The notes under the pieces were generated by a model. That model did not search any database. It was not told where the DNA came from and was given only the letters and a program-made list of their open reading frames with translations. From Leidyana gryllorum EB-2025a (lineage: Eukaryota > Protista > Apicomplexa), in NCBI GenBank assembly GCA_048772705.1, contig JBLWGC010000045.1, forward strand, positions 1-39,990: 39,990 nucleotides of DNA, read 5' to 3'. This document shows positions 31,567-39,990 of the stretch, piece after piece. Every line of letters starts with the position of its first letter. Within the stretch, counting starts at the first letter, position 1. The translations under genes were made by a program, and so were the position numbers.

Positions 31567-31637
31567 TGCACCTGCCGGGACTCGAACCCGGGTTACGACC
31601 TTGGAAGGGTCGCATTCTACCCTTAGACCACAAGTGC
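31567..31637 (-). tRNA. tRNA-Gly(TCC)
   Basis: cgacc-ct-TCC-aa-ggtcg. Confidence 0.92.
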
Positions 31638-32273
31638 AATTGCGAAAGAGTTGCAGCACCCCGAGACACTCGGGCGATTTCTGCGCGCCACCGTCCGCCA
31701 TACACCCTCATTGGCATGTGGTCAGGGATGGATTTCCAACATCTTCAACCTTCAGGTCATCTTTAGGGCACGCGCGGAGTTGGACCACGGACTTGCTGAT
31801 CTGCAGTCAGCTGCTCTACCACTGAGCTATGTACCCACAAACTACCCGTCATACTTGCTCAACTCGATTCTGTCTTCTCATTTGAAGCAAAACGGCCGTT
31901 ATTGTGCACGAGCTTGAACAACAACGAGTCATGCATCTGTGGTCTAGGGGTAGAATGTGTCGTTGCCACCGAGACGACCCAGGTACGATTCCCGGCAGAC
32001 GCAGGAGGCACGCCTCAAACAGCCCTGGCAGATTGACAGAGACGCTGACAAGCTTCGGCACGAGGCCCGACCAGGGGGCTGTTTGGTCTGCAGGTGTGAT
32101 TTTTCCTCGCTTGAAGAACATTGCAGGTCTTGTAGCTCAGTCGGCAAAGCGTGTAGCTGTTTACCACAAAGTCGCAGTCTCGAAGCCTAGCGGTGCCGGG
32201 AGCTGCGATATGCGACGCTCTGTTAGAGGTCGCAACTCTGTATTTAACTACCGGCAGGTCGCCCTACCGAGTT

Positions 32274-32346
32274 TGGACGACCTGGGTATCGATCCCAGTA
32301 CCTCTCGCATGCAAAGCGAGCGCTCTACCATCTGAGCTAGCCGCCC
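32274..32346 (-). tRNA. tRNA-Ala(TGC)
   Basis: ctcgc-tt-TGC-at-gcgag. Confidence 0.9.
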
Positions 32347-32406
32347 ATCCGCTCTACATGGAAAACCTTCTGCATCCAGTGGCTGACCGAGTGCCGATAC
32401 AACGGC

Positions 32407-32486
32407 TGACAAGAGTGGGATTCGAACCCACGCCCTTTCGGACTGCGGCCTTAACACAGCGCCTTAGACCACTCGGCCATCTTGCC
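32407..32486 (-). tRNA. tRNA-Leu(AAG)
   Basis: Intact. Confidence 0.9.
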
Positions 32487-32580
32487 GAAGTGTTCTTGGC
32501 TCGCCACTTTACACGTTTTCTGTTGGTGAAGTCTCGAGATGGGAGGACTTTTGGGGTTTCAGGCCGGTGTGTTCGGAGCG

Positions 32581-32652
32581 TCCGAGATAGTATAGTGGTT
32601 AGTATTTCCGCCTGTCACGCGGAAGACCCGGGTTCGATTCCCGGTCTCGGAG
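32581..32652 (+). tRNA. tRNA-Asp(GTC)
   Basis: Intact. Confidence 0.92.
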
Positions 32653-32842
32653 CAGAGGTGGTTCCGCTTAAGATTCTCTCCTTTGGTTCTCGCTGAAAGT
32701 TGGGAGTTACACCACCGAGGATTCACCTCGGACTTTCTGCGTGTTAAGCAGACGTCGTAACCACTAGACCTTGGCTGCATGAATGGTCCCCGCAGCCCAA
32801 GAGAAGTGGCGAAGTTTCAGGGAGTAGTGAGGACCAGTTCCA

Positions 32843-32914
32843 AGGTCGCGCCGGGAATCGAACCCAGGTCGGGAGATTCAGAGTCTCCAGTGCTAACCAC
32901 TACACCACGCAACC
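32843..32914 (-). tRNA. tRNA-Gln(CTG)
   Basis: Intact. Confidence 0.9.
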
Positions 32915-33118
32915 GGTTCAGGCCACCCAAAAGAGTCGGTAGAATCATCCGGACTAGCGCTTCCTCAACTGGACACACGCAACACGGGTCTCTTTACTGA
33001 CCTCTGGGAATATTTTAGGTGGCTCATGTATATAGCGCCCAGCGTAGAGCGTTGGATTTGAGTCGGACAGAATGCTCACTTCAATCATTGAAGCAATTGC
33101 GCTCTTCGCGAATGCTAC

Positions 33119-33200
33119 CGTCAAGGGTGAGTTTCGAACTCACGCGGGTAACACCCAACGGCTTAACAGGCCGCCGCCTTAACCACTCGGCCACCTTGCC
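33119..33200 (-). tRNA. tRNA-Ser body carrying Asn anticodon GTT (second copy)
   Basis: Identical to 20531-20612. Confidence 0.78.
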
Positions 33201-34182
33201 AAGAGTGTAATTGATCACACCTTTCGTCGGGAACCCCGTGCAAACTGTTAGTGATGTGGGTATAGCCCCTTCTAAATGTCGGTATTTGGCTCTGGAATGA
33301 CTGTTTGGCGGGGTGGAGGAAGGCCAATCGTGGTGCTTTTGCGGAGCACATCAGTCGGCTAGTTGGTCCAGTGAGTGTTTACCTCAACTCTGCCTATTTT
33401 CGGTCACTTGAAGGGTGAGCCTGATAAGTTCAAGTTCGCGGTCAAGCGCCGGCCCAACTGGGCGGGTGTGTTGTTGATGGAGCATCCCCCTGCACCCTTT
33501 TGACAGGAGGAGATGCATCGAGAGAAGTTTCACGAGGGAGTGTAGCGCAAGTCGCTAGCGCCCAGGTCTCATAATCCTCAAGTCGAGAGTTTAAACCTCC
33601 CCACTCCCACGGTCGGCATCGGAAGCGCCGACTAACTCGTATGGGGCGCCACCTGAGAAGAATGGACTCCAGCTGTCTGCTAGTGTCTGAGATGTTTGAG
33701 TCCAGCTCTGGGGGATCCAGTATCCGGGTCGGTGCCATCTGTCGTGGCAGAAGTGGTCGCGTAGCTCAGTCGGTTAGAGCGTGAGCCAAATAAGCTCAAG
33801 GTCCCCGGTTCGAGCCCGGGCGTGACCAAGTGAGGGGATCTCTGCTAAAGAGTCGCCCCGGACGCGAGGAAGCCACAACATTCTGCGACTAATACGAAAG
33901 GAACTTGTTACCAAGTTCGAGCGAGCTTCACTGCCGCGCCAGCTCCGTCGCTAGAGCGCAAGACTTTCAATGGTGGAGAGTCCTAGTCAAACTTGCTGAA
34001 CCGTATGTGGAGCCACTGGCCGCAAAATGCCGAGTTGAACAGGTGGCAACTTGCCCGAGTGGTTAAGGGGGTAGACTAGAAATCTACTGGGCCTGGCCCG
34101 CGCTGGTTCTAATTCAGCAGTTGTCGTGCGATGTAGTGGAAATGATGCAATTCCCAGCATCAAAAACTCATATGCAGGGAAT

Positions 34183-34254
34183 GCCTCCTTAGCTTAGGGG
34201 CAGAGCATTCGCTTTGTAAGCGAAAGGTCGCTGGTTCGATTCCGGCAGGAGGCT
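34183..34254 (+). tRNA. tRNA-Thr(TGT)
   Basis: GCCTCCT/AGGAGGC acceptor; intact. Confidence 0.9.
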
Positions 34255-34952
34255 TCAGTCATTAGCCTAAACATGGTTGCGATCCTCTGCCCGCATTTCG
34301 GACGACGGCTTGCACACAGCACTCGGCCATCTTGCCGGAGTGTTCTTGGCTCGCCGTTCCACCCATTTCCTGTCGGTGAAATCTCAAAATGCGAGGACTT
34401 CTGGGGTTGGAGGCCGGCGAGTTTACTAGCGTCCGAGATAGTATAGTGGTCAGTATTTCCGCCTGTCACGCGGCATACCCTGGTTCGATTCCCGGTCTCG
34501 GAGCACAGATGGCTTCGCTGAAGATTCTCTCCTTTGGTTCTCGCTGAACGTCGCGAGCTACAGCCACCGAGGACCGAACTCGGGACCTTTTGGGTGTTGA
34601 GCAGAAGTCGTAACCACTAAACCGTTGACTGCATGAATGGGCCCCGCAGCCCAAGAGGGGTGGCGAAGTTTTACGGAGCAGTGAGGACCAGTTCCAAGGT
34701 CGCGCCGGAAATCGAACCCAGGTCGGGAGATTCAGAGTCTCCAGTGCTAACCACTCACCACGCAACCGCTTCAGCCCATCCCAGAAGAGTCGGTAGAACT
34801 ATCCGGACTAGCCCTTTCTCAAATGAACACACGCAACACGAGTCTCTCTACTGACCGCTGAAATAATTAACTGGCTCCTGTACATAGCGCCCAGCGTAGA
34901 GCGCTCTATTTGAGTCGGACAATCATTGAAGCACGCTCTCCGCGAATGCTAC

Positions 34953-35034
34953 CGACAAGGGTGGGATTCGAACTCACGCGGGTGAAACCCAACGGCTTAG
35001 CAGGCCGCCGCCTTAACCGCTCGGCCACCTTGCC
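34953..35034 (-). tRNA. tRNA-Ser(GCT)
   Basis: Near-consensus. Confidence 0.8.
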
Positions 35035-35411
35035 GAGAGTGTAACTGATTACATCTTCCCTCGGGAAGGAAACGAATCGGCGACCTTTCGCTTACTAAGC
35101 GAATGGTCCCCTAAGCTAAGAAGGCAATACAGGCCGAAGATCACGAATCAGTCACTGTTGACGGGGATTACTGGAGCACTTCGCTCAAGTAGCTTCCACT
35201 GCCGGGACTTGAATCCGGATCGTGCGGGTGAGAGCCGCATATCCTAGCTACTTAGACTACAGTGGACGACTCACTCAGCTGCAGCTTGAGCCGAGAGCCG
35301 TACCCTCTTAATAAGACCTGGTCTGTCGGGTCAACCTACAACCAAGGGATTGCAGAATCCTGCGCTAGAAAGAGGAGGGTCTCTATATTATCCTCTGAAA
35401 CATTGTAGCTG

Positions 35412-35484
35412 GGTCTTGTAGCTCAGTCGGCAGAGCGTGTGGCTGTTAACCACAAAGTCCCAGGTTCGAAACCTGCCAGGACCG
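35412..35484 (+). tRNA. tRNA-Asn(GTT)
   Basis: One T-stem mismatch. Confidence 0.8.
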
Positions 35485-35588
35485 CTTTCAGAGGCACCCT
35501 AAACATTGACTGCGCTGCTCTCCAATGGCACTTGTGGTCTGCGACCCTTCAATGGTTTGGATCCCGCCACGTGCAGCCGTACGTACTT

Positions 35589-35661
35589 TGGACGACCTGG
35601 GCATCGATCCCAGTACCTCTCGCATGCTAAGCGAGCGCTCTACCATTTGAGCTGGTCGCCC
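35589..35661 (-). tRNA. tRNA-Ala(AGC)
   Basis: Near-consensus; T8C. Confidence 0.78.
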
Positions 35662-35776
35662 ATTCTGCAAACCCCAGTACATCCAGTTCTTTTTACATGG
35701 TATGACCAATCTCCCAACTGCATCGATCACTTTCACCAGTTTGTGCTCCACTTTGCACAAACGAAGGCACGCAGGA

Positions 35777-35849
35777 AACGGCTGGAGGGACTCGAACTCT
35801 CAACCTTTGCCTTATGAGGGCAACGCGCTATCCATTGCGCCACAACCGC
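35777..35849 (-). pseudogene. Arg(CCT) body carrying Met anticodon CAT
   Basis: ttgcc-ct-CAT-aa-ggcaa; one T-stem mismatch versus 4507-4579. Confidence 0.72.
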
Positions 35850-35949
35850 ATTCGGGACGCATCCGACTTTTGAGTTGGACGAAAGCGGGCTGCCCCGAGG
35901 TGTCTCCTCTTTCACCCAACCAGTATCCAGATAACCGAAGCCTATCCAT

Positions 35950-36022
35950 GGTGCGGTGGCCTAATGGATAGGGCATCGGTCTTCGGAACCGGGAGTTGTG
36001 GGTTCGAGTCCCATCCGCATCA
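35950..36022 (+). tRNA. tRNA-Arg(TCG)
   Basis: Intact. Confidence 0.9.
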
Positions 36023-36229
36023 TAGCCTCTCACTCGGAAGACGTTCAGTTTCGACCGAGGCAAGCTTGCTAGCTGTATGGGGAGCCACTGCCGCGCATGT
36101 CGAGTTGAAGTGCTAGTGATATGATTTTCCTTCGCTTGTGGGAGTGCTCGATTCGATCCCCGTGGGTTGCAGACAGCTGGAAGTAGAAATTGCCCGAGTC
36201 TCTCGGGGTGCTGCAGATCTTTCGCAATT

Positions 36230-36300
36230 GCACCTGTGGTCTAAGGGTAAGATGCGACCCTTCCAAGGTCGTAACCCGGATTCGAGTCCCGGCAGGTGCA
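36230..36300 (+). tRNA. tRNA-Gly(TCC), G53A
   Basis: cgacc-ct-TCC-aa-ggtcg. Confidence 0.72.
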
Positions 36301-36366
36301 GCCGTATGTACTCGAACGACCTGTCTATAGGTGAAGAGAGGGGACGACTCAATACAATACAACGGT

Positions 36367-36446
36367 TGACAAGAGTGGGATTCGAACCCACGCCCTTTCG
36401 GACTGCGGCCTTAACACAGCGCCTTAGACCACTCGGCCATCTTGCC
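36367..36446 (-). tRNA. tRNA-Leu(AAG)
   Basis: Intact. Confidence 0.9.
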
Positions 36447-37332
36447 GAAGGGTTCTTGGCTCGCCACTTTACACGTTTTCTGTTCGTGAAGTCTCGAGAA
36501 GGGAGGACTTTTGGGGTTGAAGGCCGGTGTGTTTGTGAGCCACCGAGATAGTATGGTGGTTAGTTTTTCCGCCTGTCACGCGGAAGACCCGGGTTCGATT
36601 CCCGGTCTCGTAGATAGATAGTCTTCCGCTCTAGATTCCGTGATGCTTGCCTGAACGATGCGTGTTACAGCCACCGAGGATTGAACTCGGGACCTTCTGC
36701 CTGTTAAGCAGACGTCGTTACCGCTAGATGGCTGCACGGAGCTTCCGGACTGCCGAAGGGGCGTGTGTCTCTGGAAACGCGTATGCGATGAGCCTGGTTC
36801 ATATGTACCGGCCTGTACCGGCCTAAGTTGGACGGCCTGGAGTAGTTAAGACCCTTCGTTCTGTATTCAGGAATGGAGGTGTCACGCATCTGTGGTTTAG
36901 TGGTAGACTGTGTCGTTGCCGCCTAGACGACCCAGGTTCGATTCCCGCAGATGCAGAGAAGCTGGCAGATGGTTGATTGAGGCACCATTCTGGGGTTTCA
37001 GGCTTGTTGTCTGCCCCTCCAATCACATCGAACGACAACTGCTGGATTTGAACCAGCGCGGGCCAGGCCCAGTAGATTTCAAGTTTACCCCCTTAACCAC
37101 TCGGGCAAGTTGCCAACTGTCGAATTCGACATGCCGCGAGGAGTGACCAAATGCCCCCATGTTCAGCCTGTCCTGCCGCATTGATAGGTGTCTAAACTGA
37201 CCTCTCGCGTGCCAAGTCACCGCTCTACCACTTGAGATAGCCGCCCACCCGCCAAACCTAGGTGAACTTCCCATCTGAGACCGACTCACAGTTCTCTGGC
37301 GCCTCATTCGTCAGTGCAACTGTTGTGACTCG

Positions 37333-37405
37333 TCCACTGTAGTCTAAGTGGCTAGAATATGCGGCTTCCACCCGCACGATCCGGGTTCAAGTCCCGGCAG
37401 TGGAA
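37333..37405 (+). pseudogene. Glu body carrying Gly anticodon TCC
   Basis: tgcgg-ct-TCC-ac-ccgca; D-stem mismatch. Confidence 0.7.
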
Positions 37406-38323
37406 GTCATTAGAGTACTCGATCAAAGTGCTCTGATAACTTGCGTAAATAGGGACTGATGCGTGATTCCCGGCTTGCATTGCCTTCTTAGCTTAGGGGC
37501 AGAGCATTCGCTCAGTAAGCGAAAGGTCGCCGGTTCGATTCCGGCAGAAGGCTTGCTCACGAGCCAATCTATCCTACAACTGTTCCCTTCTGCGCACACT
37601 TAGCAGTGCGTCGTTTCGATCGACGGACCTTTGGGCTATGAGCCCAACACTCTTCCACTGAGCTACACTGCTTAGCCTGCAACATGTCAGAGGTAGCCGA
37701 AATGCGATTCTCGAGAGGTTAGTACCGAAGTGGGCTAACGAGGTGGGCTAACGAGGTGGCTGTGTTGGTTCTGAGGGCAACTCGTACCGTCGGGTCAACC
37801 GACGACCAAGAGGGCTGTTCTGGGAATCGAACCCAGGACTTCTTCCACCCGAACGAAGAATCAGACCACTAGACCAAACAGCCGCCTGTCGGTCGTACAA
37901 CCCGGTGAGCACAGTCGCGAGAGTGGTCATACTATGTTGAGAATCAACAAAAAGCGACGGGGCTTGCACAGCGGGGGACTAGCTCAAATGGTGAAGCGCT
38001 CGCGTAGCGTGCAAGAGGTACTGGGATCAATGCCCAGGTCGTCCAAAGCTTGTAGTGCTGCAACTGTCGCTATTTGACTACAGAGTTGAGAGCTTTGAGG
38101 GTGCCCTGTAGCCCTTAGATAGACTTGGGCACCGCAGTATGTGTGAAGGTTGCCTCAGAGACCGGATCTCCGAGTTTGTATTTTACAACCACACGCTCTG
38201 CCAACTAAAGTACAAGAGCCAGTTCCAATATCTCAGAGGTTAGTAGAGATACGCGTGTTGCATGTGTCCAGTTGAGGGCTAGTCCGAATGCTCTACCAAC
38301 TCTTTTTGGTGAAGGAGTGAATG

Positions 38324-38395
38324 GGTTGCGTGGTGTAGTGGTTAGCACTGGAGACTCTGAATCTCCCGACCTGGGTTCGATTCCCGGCGCGACCT
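38324..38395 (+). tRNA. tRNA-Gln(CTG)
   Basis: Intact. Confidence 0.9.
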
Positions 38396-38920
38396 TGGAA
38401 CTGGTCCTCACTGCTCCGTGAAACTTCGCCACTCCTCTTGGGCTGCGGGGACCATTCATGCAGCCACGGTCTAGTGGTTACGACGTCTGCTTAACACGCA
38501 GAAAGTCCGAGGTGAATCTTCGGTGGCGGTAGCTCCCACGGTCTAGTGGTTACGACGTGTGCTTAACACGCAGAAAGTCCGAGGTGAATCCTCGGTGGTG
38601 TAACTCCCAACTTTCAGCGAGAAACAAAGGAGAGAATCTTAAGCGAAACCACCTGTGCTCCGAGACCGGGAATCGAACCCGGGTCTTCCGCGTGACAGGC
38701 GGAAATACTAACCACTAACTATCTCGGACGCTCTGAACACGCCGGCCTCCAATCCCAGAAGTCTTTCTATTTTGGCTCACGGACAAAAACACGCGTGGAG
38801 CGATGAACCAACAACACTGTGGCAAGATGGCCGAGTTGCCTAAGGCGCTGTGCTCAGACCGCAGTCCGAAAGGGCGAGGATCTGGGGTTGAGCCTTTTGA
38901 ACCCCGGAGCAGTTGGACGG

Positions 38921-39000
38921 CCGGGGGTAGCTCAGTTGGTAGAGCATCTGACTGTAGTGCTGGCATCAGATAGTCGGCGGTTCGATTCCGTCCCACCGGA
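38921..39000 (+). tRNA. tRNA-Tyr(GTA), 7-nt intron
   Basis: Consensus copy. Confidence 0.87.
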
Positions 39001-39727
39001 AGTAGAGTGGTGGTTGGCAGACTGCTACTCAACCTGATGGGTTTTGGCAGACATCGTTGATGGGCCAATCGGAATGAATCTGGCGAAGAGTCCATGCATA
39101 TACAACTCAAATCTTGTCTTAGCTGTCGCAGCAGCATATCTTAGACAACCTTGAAGAGACGTGGCGTATTAAGTCAACAACTGACAGACGGGCTGTTTTG
39201 GGAATCAAACCCAGCACTCCTTCCACCCAAGGAATGATCATACCACTAGACCAAACAGCCGACTGGTCGGTGGTGCGAATTGCTGGTAGAGTCGGGAGAC
39301 TGGTCAATGTCAAGAACCACCAAATGCTATGGGGTCTGCACAGCGGGCGACTACCTCAAATGATATAGCACTCGCTTAACATGCGAGAGATACTGGGATC
39401 GATGGCCAGGTCGTCCAAAGTACGTACGGCTGCACGTGGCGGGAGTTACTCTGAAGGGTCGCAGACCACAAGTGCGAGAGCAGGGCAGTCAGTGTCTGGG
39501 GTGCCTCTGAAACGGTCCTGGCAGGTTTCGAACCTGCAACTTTGTGGTTAACAGCCACACGCTCTGCCGACTGAGCTACAAGACCCAGCTACAATGTTTC
39601 AGAGGTTGGTAGAGAGACCCTCCTCTTTCTACCGCAGGATTCTGCAACCGTTGTTGTAGGTGCACCCGACAGACCACGTCTTGCAAGAGGGTACGGCTCT
39701 CGGCGAAAGCTGCAGCTGAGGGAGTTG

Positions 39728-39800
39728 TCCACTGTAGTCTAAGTGGCTAGGATATGCGGCTTTCACCCGCACGATCCGGGTTCAAGTCCCGGCAGTGGAA
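39728..39800 (+). tRNA. tRNA-Glu(TTC)
   Basis: Intact. Confidence 0.9.
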
Positions 39801-39838
39801 ATCCAGCAGAGTGTGCTTGTAGGCAACGATACAACGGC

Positions 39839-39918
39839 TGACAAGAGTGGGATTCGAACCCACGCCCTTTCGCACTGCGGCCTTAACACAGCGCCTTAGA
39901 CCACTCGGCCATCTTGCC
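39839..39918 (-). tRNA. tRNA-Leu(AAG)
   Basis: Near-consensus. Confidence 0.85.
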
Positions 39919-39990
39919 GAAGTGTTCTTGGCTCGCCACTTTACACGTTTTCTGTTGGTGAAGTCTCGAGATGGGAGGACTTTTGGGGTT

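Larger units (their letters stand above)
1..39990. repeat. Shuffled array of eukaryotic tRNA genes and pseudogenes covering all 20 amino acids; appears to continue past both window ends
   Basis: Cloverleaf-foldable 71-82 nt units with A-box and B-box (GGTTCRA..CC) motifs recur every 200-300 bp on both strands, with recurring isotype-specific flanks. Confidence 0.97.

Noticed and set aside
95-39558. The many short ORFs (up to 216 aa), several recurring with near-identical translations
   Set aside because: They overlap tRNA genes in all frames, show no recognisable domains, and recur only because the DNA is duplicated
1-39990. CRISPR-like repeat/spacer pattern
   Set aside because: The repeats are 71-82 nt tRNAs of many types on both strands, the spacers repeat, and there are no cas genes
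1-39990. Bacterial, phage or organellar tRNA array
   Set aside because: No encoded CCA, eight A34 families, A1:U72 initiator, C1:G72 intron-containing Tyr and a short Tyr variable loop all indicate eukaryotic nuclear tRNAs
1-39990. 5S rRNA, U6 snRNA or spliced-leader RNA genes interspersed with the tRNAs
   Set aside because: I found no hallmark motifs by eye; an Rfam scan is needed to exclude divergent copies
1-39990. tRNA-derived SINE family
   Set aside because: No common body or tail, no poly(A) or TSDs; all isotypes take part and are copied as multi-gene DNA blocks

Overview
The window has no credible protein-coding gene; the ORF track is sense/antisense read-through of repeated tRNA genes. 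Almost all 40 kb is a dense, shuffled array of eukaryotic nuclear-type tRNA genes and pseudogenes on both strands. My rough hand estimate is about 150 or more tRNA-derived units, one per 200-300 bp, perhaps half near-intact. Eukaryotic signs: no encoded CCA, all eight A34 anticodons (Ala/Arg/Ile/Leu/Pro/Ser/Thr/Val), an A1:U72 initiator Met, and Tyr with C1:G72 plus a 7-nt intron. All 20 amino-acid types are present. The array is a mosaic of recurring modules (Leu-Asp-Val-Gln-Ser, Ser-Gly, Pro-Glu-Thr-iMet, Ala-Arg-Arg and others) duplicated in direct and inverted orientation, with tRNA-tRNA chimeras, decayed tRNAs acting as spacers, and many anticodon-shifted copies. The only foreign DNA I found is a 602-bp TGTTGTA...TACAACA solo-LTR-like insert (22058-22659) with no target-site duplication. 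The host is probably a protist, but that cannot be established from this window. Coordinates were counted by hand (allow +/-1-2 nt), and only the clearer tRNA copies are listed individually.
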